A DNA stretch of 63,327 nt, the filler included, from Octopus bimaculoides (Eukaryota): assembly GCF_001194135.2 (NCBI RefSeq). It is 4 parts of 4 records of this genome, joined end to end, with 100 filler letters (N's around TTAATTAATTAA, not from the genome) between each part and the next. Parts side by side here need not be neighbours in the genome. Positions count along the whole stretch, not along the records: positions 37,282 to 61,998 come from NC_068983.1; 3 more parts are not named here. One strand, 5' to 3'. Shown in pieces: positions 39,093-51,376 of the stretch; within the stretch, counting starts at the first letter, position 1; every line of letters starts with the position of its first letter. Made by a program: the position numbers and the translations under genes. A model generated the notes under the pieces. It had not been told where the DNA came from, ran no database searches, and saw only the letters and a program-made list of their open reading frames with translations.

Positions 39093-41882
39093 AACCTCGA
39101 TCTTCTCACTTTTATTTACTTTAAGAGATTATTTCGGATTTGGCTGGTTGTTACTTAATCCACACTGGTTTTCTATTTATTAATTCCAATTAACAAATAG
39201 AAGCCAAGCTTAATTTTATTTTCACAATGATAGCTAAAACTATGAATAAAGGAAACTCCCAGAACCTTGACTAATCTTATTAATTTGATGTAATATAAAC
39301 GACTAAACAATCGCGCGGCGTTTCTTCTCCATTCACTCCAGAATTTATATCTAATAAAACTGATGACAATATTTAATGATAAGTAAAAATAGCAAAGATG
39401 TTATTTTTACATTGGATATTTGCTGTAATAATAAGCCGAGTGACGAACTACCTTAATTATCACTGATCTCAGTTTCCATAACTCACCACGATTCCTCGCA
39501 GACGATATTCTACTGTTGCTCTGACAACCATTGTCAAATTGGAAGTTTTTTCTACCGCTTTGGTGTTAAGCTTCTTTGGGAATACTTTAAAATTTCATTT
39601 AAAAAATAGATCCAAGAAAAATAATTAAGAAAAAATATCGAATGTTACCCGAATTGGGTCTCCCTGTCCACCCCACAAAAAAGAAAAAAAGAATAAAAAC
39701 TAAGTCCTAAATCTACCTATACTATTGATATCGAATATGCTACACCTCAGTCTGATTTACTGGCATTCCTTTTAAATAGAACTCAGATTCTTTTCGTTGC
39801 GTATTGGTTTTATAATTTTATTATTAAATACTTTTAGGGAAGAGTACCAAGTGTTTTTGTTTTGTTTCTAGCTCGATCAACCCTTTTATTTGGCCCTGCC
39901 CTACCTTTTTACAGAGATGTGAACACTAGTGGATCAGTAATATAAAGCATGATCTCCTGAGTCCTTGATATTCTCTTAATATTGACCACATAAAAACATT
40001 ATTTTTTCTACAGTAACTTATACAAAACTTCCTGATACATTCCATTAACCAAATATGGTAGGTGTCGAGAATATTACATTATAAAATCAGTCGACAAAGA
40101 AAAGCAAACTATTTATCTTGATAATGATTCTAAACGGGAAATTCCTTTTGTTATTTCTTTCCATAGAATACGGTCGTAAATCCACAAACAGTTCACTATA
40201 AAGTAGTTTTTTGTACATTTATCTAAATATGACTTGTTGAACTCATTGGTTTCACTTTACTCTTTCTTCGTTCGCAGTTTTATTTCCTTAAAACAGTTGG
40301 CACTATTGAATAGTATTATTCAACACAAACATATTCCTGTAAGGTATCCAAGATGAGAATGGAATTATAACAGAAGAATGTGTTGCTTATAACTTGTCTA
40401 TAAGTAAACTAATTAGAAAGAATTCAGATAAAAAAAAAAAGAAAACACGTGTGTTCATGTACTCCACTCTGTGTATCGAGAGATAAGAGCGTCTCAAGAC
40501 TTCTTGTCTACTTTCTTTAACAGTAGTGTTGTCGAGGGCTTTCTTTATATTTCTTCAAGGAATTTTATTTATTTATTTTATATTTATCTTTGCCCAACAT
40601 AAAGCTTCCGTCGAACATGTTTCACAAGTGTTAGTGAATTGATGAAGTCGAGGCTATTTCAACTACATTCTTGACTAACAAATTCTTATTTACAAATGGT
40701 AAATCTAAAAGTAGCAACACTGGATGTTTTATAAATAATCTGATTGGTATAAAGTTTCCTTAAACATAAGTAGTGTGATGTTTCATAGAATACAATTCAA
40801 TTCACATTAAAAGTACTTTTAGCTATCCTGTTCCGCACATCACTGAAGTTGGCCGAATGAATCCTCCACTAATTTATCAGTGCAAGCAGTTACTAAAGTC
40901 TATATTACTGTTCAAACCGCTTATTTTTCATATGTTGGTTGCTGTTTCATGTGTATGTTGTGCTCTGTTTTGTGACTTTTGTTAGCCTTAGGAAACTGGT
41001 AATAGTGATACTGTTCAGTTTCAATTTTTGTAGATTGACATTTGTTTAGTAACACACACATATCAAGGTTGGTTAGTGAATGGAAACTGGTGCATCGGGT
41101 AGGCCGAGGCAAAGGTGATACGTAGTCTTTGTTGACAAAAACAGAAGCCGACGTTTATTTATAAAAGGCTGCAAAGAGATAGTGCGTACCCGTGATTGTT
41201 GTCAATCAACCACAGTCAAATTAGCTTTATTAGGGTGGGGCAATATATAGCTAAAGCTATCCAGAATTAAAATATTTTCCAGTCCTGAAATGAAAGCATA
41301 GGTTTTAGGATGTTGGTTTGGCAATATCATTGTTGTAATGGTCACCACGAGAACTTTCGAAATTGGTATATATAGCATTTGTTACAAGTGTAAGTTTTAG
41401 CTATGTCCCTGCCTAGGACGGCGTTTTTGTGCAGAAAGTAAAGGAGGTATGAAGGTTGGTACTTTTTGTTTAGAAGCATGTGCGATTTAAAGTTAATACA
41501 TTCTTTGTAGGGGAGAATTAAAGTTGATGGAATAAATATTGTAAGTTTGGGAAAGAGTCCAAGAAGTTCAGTTGCCGTGAGAAGTGAAGAATCTAATATT
41601 TCAGGCCCTGCCCTTTAGTTTATGAATTTTCTCTTCATGACAGTTGAATACTTCAGCGAACTCTCCTGCAACCAGTTATGACTGATGTTGATCATCACCA
41701 GTTTCTTTGGATTATGAATTTTACTCTGATTAATTCCAATTTATTACTAATATATATTTCATTAATACTGGCAAAGAAGTGAAATTGAACATGACAGGAT
41801 TACTGTATTATTTTTTGGGGTGTACCAACTCGCTGCTTTTCAGGTTATTAATAAGCATAAGGCTTAGTCAATTGGTTTAAAC

Positions 41883-42060
41883 CAAGGGTCCCCAAACCTT
41901 TTAGACCATCGACCCCTTCATGAGATCTTTGACCCCTCATCGACCCCCAGGCATGTACAAGAAAATAAATAAATAAATAATAATAACGATTAAGTAGATG
42001 TGCAGTTTCAGGCATTTATCGACCCTCAGCAGTTGATATTGACCACTTTGGAGATCCCTC
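41883..42060. mobile_element. hAT (Charlie-like) MITE, 178 bp
   Basis: Perfect 8-bp TSD gtttaaac at 41875-82 and 42061-68. Ends are caagggtccccaaac / ctttggagatccctc. Confidence 0.85.
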
Positions 42061-42089
42061 GTTTAAACAGTGTATATTACCAGAATTCA

Positions 42090-42560
42090 TCATTGTCATC
42101 ATCATCGTTTAACGTCCGCTTTCCATGCTAGCATGGGTTGGACGATTTGACTGAGGACTGGTGGACCAGGTGGCTACACCAGGCTCCAATCTGATTTGGC
42201 AGAGTTTCTACAGCTGGATGCCCTTCCTAGCGCCAACCACTCCGAGAGTGTAGTGGGTGCTTTTACATGCCACCGGCATGAAGGTCAGTCAGACGGTACT
42301 GGCAACGGCCATGTTCGAAATGGTGTATTTTACGTGCCACCTGCACAAGAGCCAGTCCAGCGGCACTGGCAACGATCTCGCTCGAATGTCTTTCACGTGG
42401 CACTGGCACAAGTGCCAGGAAGGCGACGTTGGTAACGATCACACTCAAATGGTGCTATTTACGTGCCACCGGCACGGAAGCCAGACAGCTGGTGCTCTGG
42501 CAACGATCGCGCTTGGACGGTGCTCTTAGTGCTCCACTGGTACAGGTACCATCACAATGA
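42090..42560 (-). mobile_element. 5'-truncated RTE LINE copy consisting only of 3' UTR
   Basis: (CAT)n-cgtttaacgtccgctttccatgctagcatggg tail plus hairpin modules; same sequence as follows the RTE ORF end at 51377-52330. Confidence 0.85.
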
Positions 42561-43088
42561 TGTTCTTAATTTCCTGAAGAATTAAAGGCATCCAATCTGC
42601 TGACACTCTACTGACTACTACTACTGTCCATCCTGTGATTCATTGAGTTCTCACATTGATACAAAGTTAATAAATTGTAAGGAAAGGGTTATATTTGTTT
42701 GATTTAATCTCAGAATATGCCTGATCTGATCTTGACTGAATTTAAATTCCAATGTTACCCTTTAGCATTCAAACTTGCCCAAATAATGCATCTGTTTTAT
42801 GTTCAAACCAGGCAGATCTGGTTTCTTACACCACCCTTCAATATCATTCTAAAAATAACAGTTACATCATTAAAATCTCAAAGACACAAGATAATGCATG
42901 GTTAATTCAAAACAGTGTGAATAAATAAGCATTACTTTTGACAGAATAATATGAATGCTTAGAGTTCAAAAGAATTTATCATTAAATACTTTCTGATTTG
43001 ATATTCTACCATTTTAATCAAGAATTGGTTCATTAATAATTTAATAATTTTCTTTCAAAGCAAGAATTAAAAAAAAACAAAAAAAAAA

Positions 43089-43252
43089 CAGGAGGAGTGG
43101 CTGTGTGGTAAGTAGCTTGCTTACCAACCACATGGTTCCGGGTTCATTCCCACTGTGTGGCACCTTGGATAAGTGTCTTCTACTATAGCCTCGGGCCGAC
43201 CAAAGCCTTGTGAGTGGATTTGGTAGACGGAAACTGAAAGAAGCCCGTCGTA

Positions 43253-43307
<55 letters not shown>

Positions 43308-43524
43308 GTGTATATGTTTGTGTCTATGTTTGTCCTCCCAGCATCGTTTGACAACCGATGGTGGTGTGTTTACGTCCCCGTAACTTAGCGGTTCGGCAAG
43401 AGAGACCGATAAAATAAGTACTAGGCTTCCAAAGAATAAGTCCTGGGGTCGATTTGCTTGACTAAAAGGCGGTGCTCCAGCATGGCCGCAGTCAAATGAC
43501 TGAAACAAGTAAAAGAGTAAAGAG
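43089..43524 (+). mobile_element. Full-length tRNA-derived SINE family B with an internal (TA)n/(TG)n microsatellite
   Basis: A box gtggctgtgtggta, B box ggttcattcc, body gccttgtgagtggatttggtagacggaaactgaaagaagcccgtcg, then microsatellite and a 3' module ending aagtaaaagagtaaagag. Confidence 0.9.
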
Positions 43525-45001
43525 CACTAAGTAAAACCAATCAAAAGGAAGAAAGAAATCTTTCCATTTTTCATCCTGTTGTTTAATCCCAGATCTGTTG
43601 TGGTCAATTATATAATCAAAGTTTCTTGTGATGTGCTGGATAACATTATCTGATGTATAATAAAAAAAAATTAAAAAAAGAGTGGCTGTCAGATGAACAC
43701 TTCAGGCATGAGTGATAAAAGTACAGACAATAGAGGAGAATAGGTGTGTTAGAGAATTTGATCTATCAAAGATGTACACTTGACACTACTTCTATCTATC
43801 TATCTATCTATCTATCCAACCAGCTACACATGCATATATACAGGCATACAAGTGCATACATATACCCTAAAGAGATAGGCCTATATATGCTTGGCATCCA
43901 CTACACTCTTGAGGTGGTTGGCATTAGGAAGGGCATCCAGCTATAGAAACCAAGCCAAGAATGGGGCCTGATACAGCTCTCTGGCTCACCAGTTCCAGTC
44001 AACCCATCTAATCTATTCCAGCATGAAAAATAGATGCTAATTCATGATGATGATGATTAATTTTAACATCTGTGCTAAACTTTCTGTTTCCCTACTGGAA
44101 AAGTAAAACTGCAGACTAAGTGATCAACAATTTCTACAAAACTTGCTAAGCCATTAACAAAATATTTTGATAGAGTATATGGAAGTACTGAGACTTTGTT
44201 TTATGTTATTTCAAAAGTTTGAAGTCAAAATTGGGGTGTGTCTTTAAGGCTGGACTGCTTTAATGAAGTAATACTGTAGACGTGTTATTACTTTGCATTG
44301 AATACTCTATTAATCCCATCCACCAAAAAAAACTTAGCTTTCCTTCCTCAAAGAAATGAAGTACTTTTCACCATATTCTTTTGTCATATTTCTAGTAACA
44401 CTGCCTTTGTGTTTAAATAAATTTTAAAAATAATTTATTATGATATAGTTTTGATTCAATTATGGGCATTATCTCTAAATGTTTTTAAGATACAGAACTC
44501 TGCTTTGTATCTTACAAACAGAAGCAAGTTGCTGTAGAGAATTTTTTAAAATTAACACAGTTAAAAGTTTTCTAATGTTTTATTTACAGTGAATTATTAA
44601 CTTGGGATATGATAACAGAAAATAATACCTCCTGTTGCTTATTTATTATATAGCTATTTGTATAGTGAAAGAATTGCAAACATAATTGATAGGGAAATGT
44701 GTAAATAAGCTAATACCATCTGTTACTAAAATCATCTGTAAAAAAAAAGGAAACTAATTTTAAGATTATTGATGTAGGCTGAAGGTATTATTTTTTTAGA
44801 AAAGATATTCTAATTTTCATTATCTTAGTAGTTGACTTGACTGGTTAGGAGAGAAATCTATGTATTAAATATTTCAACTTCACTGCACAATTGAAACTAC
44901 TCTTTGATGAAACTTTCTATAGTGTAATTGCTTCAGTTAATTTATAACCCAAACATTAAAGCTAGTGAAGTAGTTTCTAAATAGTTGATTGGCTCATTTA
45001 A

Positions 45002-45613
45002 CCCAACATGGGCAGGTGGGGTCCCTTGAGACCCCAGAAAATTTTAAAGGTTATGCAACTTTTACATTTTTTATTTAAAGGATTTTATATCTCATGACTT
45101 TTATTGTCAATAGTTTATGCATGTACGTACAAATTTTGAGTTAAAAATTTCCAGTCAGTTGGATGTTATAGCATAAAATATGGTCACTGGGGTCCAACTG
45201 GACCCCATTGGCCTTCTGTGAAATTTTTTTTTCTGATATTCTGATGGACTATAAGTCAATTTTCTTCGTATTTGCACCGGTATGAATCAATATACTAAAT
45301 AATTTTATTTTATTTTATATTTAGTGCTATATGTATAGTTTATAAAACTATAAAGAGTGTTAATTTCTTTCAATAAAGGTTTTTTTTTCAGTCAATAAAT
45401 TATATTTTAATTCCCCTCCATTAAATGATAATAATTACAAATATATACCTATAAGGTGCTAAATTTCTTGTTCTGTATCCTGCACTCACACATATATACA
45501 AGATTAAAAATATTTCTTTATGGATAGTGCAGAAATGTGCAAAAATAAAACGGGGGTCCCTCGGGATCCCAGTGGCTTTTTGTGTAATTCCAACTCTGCC
45601 AGCCCATGAAGAG
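45002..45613. mobile_element. piggyBac-like non-autonomous element (MITE), 612 bp
   Basis: TTAA on both flanks (44998-45001, 45614-17). Ends cccaacatgggc / gcccatgaagag are imperfect inverted repeats. Confidence 0.75.
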
Positions 45614-46424
45614 TTAATCAATCATGTAGCAATCTCCCTCAATAAGTTACCAGTTTAAGATTAAGACTGTTTAAGTTATTAACTTTATAACAGGCTCATA
45701 ATAAAGAATGACTTGTAATGAATAGACTGCTGTATTCAATTGAGAATTTTCCTATAATCTATATGTCTAACAGATCCTGGTGTCTGTATCACTAGGTTAC
45801 TATTAAACATTTAGAGTAGGCTGGTGTTACTTAACAAGAAGAGCAATATATCTTGCTTGAATGGTCTGTGACAACAAAATGGCCTTTGACATCAAAACTC
45901 CATGAAGACTTTTTCTGGATGTATCAAATCATTAATCTGTTGTCATTGTTGTGTAGCCTTGGTGAGTGGACATCTGTGATACAACCAATCAATCGGCATT
46001 TATTATATTACATAGTCATTCTGTCTTTATTGTGAGAATACACTGTTCTAAGACACATGTTGTCTTTATTTTAAAGATGGTAGAGAATATTTTTTTTTTG
46101 AGGATATAGAACAAGTCATATGATTATAGAAAAGTTTTCTGAAGTGGATTCATGCAGAATGGCTGAATGAACAGGTAAAAAGAAGCTAAAACTCCCTATT
46201 TCATTAAAAACTGTTCTATTTTTGTCTATTATTTCAATGAAAATAACTCCTCTTTTCATAGAGTTTTTGTAACCATGAATGCTTTAAAGATTTGCATGAC
46301 AATTTCCAAATGCCAAAATAACGGTCCAACAGTTATAGCAACCAAGACTGTGAGTATTCTAGGCATTTTAAAGATTTAATATTCTACTTAAAGAGGATGA
46401 TAAGCCGGTAGAATATTAAAGAGG

Positions 46425-46620
46425 GTGACGAGTGCACCAGGAATAATGCTTAGTGGCATTTGGTCCATCTTTTACGTTCTGAGTTCAAATTTTGCTGAGG
46501 TCTGCTTTGTCTTTCATCCTTTTAAGGTAGATAAAATAAGTACCAGCTGAACACTGGGGTCAATGTTATTGACTTACTTCTTCCTCTGAACTTGCTGGCC
46601 TTGTGTCAAAATTTGAAACC
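46425..46620 (+). mobile_element. SINE family A, CpG-decayed
   Basis: ttttacgttctgagttcaaattttgctgagg..ctttcatcc..gataaaataagtaccagctgaacactgggg. Confidence 0.8.
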
Positions 46621-46869
46621 AGTATTCTACTTAAAGAATCTTGTATTATCATGCAACAAAAACTGTTTCATATTTGTTCTCTAGCAATAATTGTTCAGTA
46701 CTCTCTTTTTATTTTATTATCATGTCGTTATAACATCCACTCTTCCATTCTTGCACAAGTCAGATGGAATTCATTGAGGCAGATTTTCTATGGCTGGATG
46801 CAAACATTTTCATAGAAGATTGGTAACAAATGATACAACTTATATCACAGTGACAATCATTTATGTGTA

Positions 46870-47365
46870 CCTTTCCTTCATTGGACACTAAACTTGGCTT
46901 GCGAAGACCTGTTCGGGCAACTGTACCAGTAGAGCGCTAAGAGCACCGTCCGAGTGTGATCATTGACAGAGCAGCTGTCTGGCTTCCATGCCAGTGGGAC
47001 ATAAATAGCACCATTTGAGCGTGATCGTTACCAGCGTCGCCCTACTGGCACTTGTGCCGGTGGCACGTGAAAAAACATTTGAGCGAGATCGTTGCCAGTA
47101 CCGCTGGACTGGCTCCTGTGCAGGTAAAATACACCATTTTGAGCATGGCCGTTGCCAGTACCGCCTGACTGGCCTTCGTGCCAGTGGCACGTAAAAGCAC
47201 CCACTACACTCTTGGAGTGGTTGGCATTAGGAATGGCATCCAGCTGTAGAAACTCTGCCAAATCAGATTGGAGCCTGGTATAGCCATCTAGTTCGCCAGT
47301 CCTCAGTCAAATCGTCCAACCCATGCTAGCATGGAAGGCGGACGTTAAACGATGATGATGACAAT
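46870..47365 (+). mobile_element. RTE LINE 3' UTR copy
   Basis: cattggacactaaacttggcttgcgaagacc, hairpin modules, then ggacgttaaacgatgatgatg. Confidence 0.85.
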
Positions 47366-47391
47366 GTCAAGACAAGGAGGCACACACATAC

Positions 47392-47555
47392 ACAGAGGAC
47401 TTCTTTCAGTTTCTATCTACCAAATTCACTTGCAAGGCTTTGGTTAGTCCAGGGCTATAATAGGAGACATTTTCCCTGAGTACCATTCAGTGGGACTGAA
47501 CCTGAAACCATATGGTTAGAAGGCAAACTTCTTAACTACACAGCTATGCCTGCAT
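47392..47555 (-). mobile_element. SINE family B head
   Basis: cttctttcagtttctatctaccaaattcac...gggactgaacctgaaaccatatgg. Confidence 0.75.
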
Positions 47556-48039
47556 CTAGCTGTATTTAATAGATTTGCAAACAATAGGAGAATACTGATA
47601 TTGTATCATCTGGGTGCATAAGGAAAATAGCAGTAAATAATTTGCAATATCCTGCCACTTATATTGTGGCATTTGAACCTTAAGGGTATGCTCTGGCACT
47701 TGCCACCATCTATATCTCTCGCTTCCTTGACTCAACCATCCCATTTATTTTCTGATCCCTGTTCCTTGTAGGTATGCCCGGCATTTTGCCACCATCTCTA
47801 TCCTGCTGTCTTCCACTCTCTCTCCTCCTGCACTTCCCTCAGGTTGGGTAACTGTATTTCCTTTGCAGTAGCACACCTGTTTCTGTCTTCATTCCTGATC
47901 TTCCTCTCTCCAGCCAGGTAACCTTGAACTTCCTCTACAGCAAGACACCTGTATCTGTCTCACTATAACCTTTTCATCATCCAACACAGAATGACCTCCA
48001 ATGCCTCCGCCCCTCTTGAAAGTTTTTTCTTTTTTTTTT

Positions 48040-48395
48040 TTTGTCTTGCAAGTACTTGGTGATCCTGTCAGTGCAGGTGTCACTTAAAAGCACCCAGTCC
48101 ACACTGTAAAGTGATTGGTGTTTGGAAGGGCATCCAGCTGTAAAAACCTTGCCAAAACTGACCTCATCTGTGCTTGTGCCATGTAAAAAGCACTACTCAC
48201 CTCACCTCGCCTGTGCTTGTGCCACAAAAAAGCACCAAGTCCACTTTGCCGAGTGGTTGGTGTTAGGAAGGGCATCCAGCTGTAAAAATCCTGCCAAAAC
48301 AGTCACAGAAGTCTAGTGCAGGCTTCAGCCTGGCCAGCTCTTGTGAAACTGTCCCACCCATGCTAGCATGGAAGGCAGATGTTAAACGATGATCA
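48040..48395 (+). mobile_element. RTE LINE 3' UTR copy with internal duplication
   Basis: ggtgtt(t/a)ggaagggcatccagctgtaaaaa occurs twice, and it ends atggaaggcagatgttaaacgatgat. Confidence 0.75.
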
Positions 48396-48489
48396 TGATT
48401 TTCTTTATTTTATTTAAAGAATATTATACTGTCATCAAAACCTTTGAAAGCAAATTAATACCCCCCAGAGTTGCTACAAATCCTCACAC

Positions 48490-48820
48490 TCATTGATGAT
48501 CCCTCTTGACAATCTCACATTCATAACATGGCAAAAACTGTATCCCAAATACTAGCCTTCCTCTTCAAGACCCAAAAATACTTTGGTTCCAACAGTTACA
48601 GACTCTCTACAAAGCTAAAGTGATACTCATATTAGAAAACTGTTCCCACATGCAGGATGTTGCTGTAGCTGTGTGCATGAATATTTTCAATCCCATTTGA
48701 TGGATTGACTTAGAGTTACCAGTATACTTTTAATCTTTAACCTGCAGCAGCCATGCTGTCTCATCTCACTGCCTTTTTTACCATTACTATATTGGCCTCT
48801 ACTCCTCTGAGCTAGTTGGC
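48490..48820 (+). pseudogene. Degenerate RT C-terminal fragment of a CR1/L2/Jockey-group LINE
   Basis: Reads S*QSHIHNMAKTVSQILAFLFKTQKYF/QQLQTLYKAKVILILENCSHM...CLFYHYY, matching W..HI...AK.AS..L..L......F....L.TLYKA..R..LEYCS. Confidence 0.7.
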
Positions 48821-50394
48821 TCTGTATTGCTTCCACCCAAGTCCACCTTTATCTAAACTATGGATAAAGCTGGTCTAACCATATCCTGAGGCCCCTTTTG
48901 AGATTATAGAAGTTCCTGCTCTTCATTTAATTTTTTCAGTATTTGCTTTTACTATTATTTTTTTCATTTCTTGTTGACATATTGCAGAGGACACACCTGA
49001 ATTTACTGCAAGGGAGTGAATTGTTTTTTGTGGTCCATTTTAAATGAGCCATTAGTCTCTTCTCAATCACTGTGCTCTTTCTTGGGAGTCATATTCGAGG
49101 TTTGCTCATTTTACCAAACCAACAGTTTATTAAAGAAAACAACACTTGTTACTTCTCTTTAATCATCCAATGAGGGAGCCTTTATGTGGTTGCTTAACTT
49201 TCTTGAAATAGCAGCCAATTGAAATATACCATTTTACGAAAAGAAAAGCACGTTGGATAATCTTGTCCTGTAATCTATTCAAACTCAAAATAGACAAAAA
49301 GGAATACTACTCCATTGTTTTGAAAATCTCCATCATCCTCAGTAGAAGCTGATAATAAAACAATTCAGTTTGCAAGCTTAACTATGTTGCGTGAATTACA
49401 CTTTATCAAATGAATCTATCCTTATGCAAATAACCTGAGTGCATACACATGTATTTGTAAAGTATATGTAATTCATAAAGAGCTCCTCTAGTTAAGAAGC
49501 CTGACATAGGATTGGTATCAATGTAGTTGTTTTATTTATGCTGTATTTGGTTAGCATTTCAAGAGAAGCAGTTTGGTATGAAAAACTATCTTTTGCCAAA
49601 CTAATTTCTGTCCTGTAAATTTGTATATGTCTTTTACAGACATTGTTAATATAAATAGAAAGTCTATAAAAATTCAATATTTGAGTGAATGAGCAACTTG
49701 CTGTTGTTAGTCAGCTATTTTGGTCCTCTCTGAAGTCATTCTAGGCAAGTTGAATAAAAGTACTCAATGCTGCAAACACTCTGCTTGCTTTTGCCTCTTG
49801 TGTAGTTCTTTACCAATTGCACTGACATCACATGCTAAGAATAATATTGTTTTCTTTTATCATGACATGTGCATGCGTGCACACACACATGCATTGCAAT
49901 TAACCTACAATCTTTCAAACAATGACAAGTCTGCCATGAACCCTGTTATATGATAAAATCTACTACAATTTCATTCCAATTGTTATAATCACTGCAAAAA
50001 TAACTTGATTTGTGGTATACTTTATGAAGCACTGTTAGTCTTTTTTTTTATAATTTGTTATTGCCCTAAAATTTCAACTTTACTTAACTAACCTTGTTTA
50101 TAAGTACTTTGGAACTTTTCATTATGTTTCTCACATATATATGTATGTATATATATGCATGTTTGTATTGTGCGTGTGTGTGAAAGTATGTGGCCTTGTG
50201 ATTAGAGTGTTGGTCTCACAATTGTACAGTCATTGGTTTGGTTCCTGGACTGAAATAAATACCAGCGGCATGTCATATCCTGGATGTTTTACTGGGTTAA
50301 GAGATTAAAGGTCTGAGGATGTCATTACTTCAGAAAGACTTAAAACAATTAGTGAAAACATGGTACATGTCACCAAACCATCCCCATTTGTTAA

Positions 50395-50560
50395 GGTGTG
50401 GCTGTGTGGTTAAGAGGTTTCCTTCCCATCAACATGATTTCAGGTTCAGTCCTACTGTGTAGAACTTTGGGCAAATGGTTTCTGGTATAGCTCTGGGATG
50501 ACCAAAACCTTCTGAGTGAATTTGATAGACAGAAACTGAAAGAAGTTCATTGTATATATG
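50395..50560 (+). mobile_element. SINE family B head
   Basis: gtggctgtgtggttaag..ggttcagtcc..gtgaatttgatagacagaaactgaaagaag. Confidence 0.75.
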
Positions 50561-50589
50561 TATATGCGCGTATTATTATAGCTTATGTA

Positions 50590-51030
50590 TGTTTTCCATG
50601 CGGGCATGGGTTGGACAGTTTGATCAGAGCTAGCAAGCTGGAGAGCTGTATCAAACCAAGTTCTACTATGATTTGGCTTGGTTTCTACAGCTGGATACTT
50701 TGCAGAGTGTGCTGAGTGCTTTTTACATGGCACAAGCACAAATGCATTTTACATGGCTTTTTACACACACACACACACACACACCATCATAAACATTTAA
50801 TGTCGACATAGGTTGAATGGCTTGACAGGAATTGGCAAGGCCTGGGGCTACACCAGGTTCCATAGTCTGTTTTGGCTTGTCTTCTATGGTTTGATGCCCT
50901 TCCTAATACCAACCACTCTACAGTAAGTACTGGCTGCTTTTTACATGGCACCATCACTAGTGCTTTTTAAAGTGGAATCGACACAAGTGCTTTTTATGTG
51001 CCACCAACACCCACACTAATACTTTTTATG
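50590..51030 (-). mobile_element. Degenerate RTE 3' UTR copies
   Basis: ttttccatgcgggcatgggttggac and gatgcccttcctaataccaaccact motifs. Confidence 0.65.
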
Positions 51031-51376
51031 TGGCACCTTTGTTTTAGGATCTCAATTCTGTTTTGGTGGTGGGTGGCTTTTCTTGAGTATAGCATTATGT
51101 CGCATGGTGGATAGAAAAAGTTCAAATCAGGCAGACTACAATTAACACATACAGGTTTAGTTACGATAGAATAAGGATTGTCCAAACTGAAATATATATT
51201 GATATATTAGAGATATGAAAATACATGAATACTAAAAATATACATGAACATATAGGTATATAGATATATAAAAATACTAATAATAGAATATAAATAAAAA
51301 TAATTGTAGAATATAGATAACAAATGTTTTTAAAAAAATTTTAGATATAGGCATCAACAAGAGATTTGGGTTATAT

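Noticed and set aside
42196-42529. Recurrent similar ORFs (MAEFLQLDALP...) at 42196, 47028, 51485 and 57206 suggesting a gene family
   Set aside because: They are antisense readings of the RTE 3' UTR repeat.
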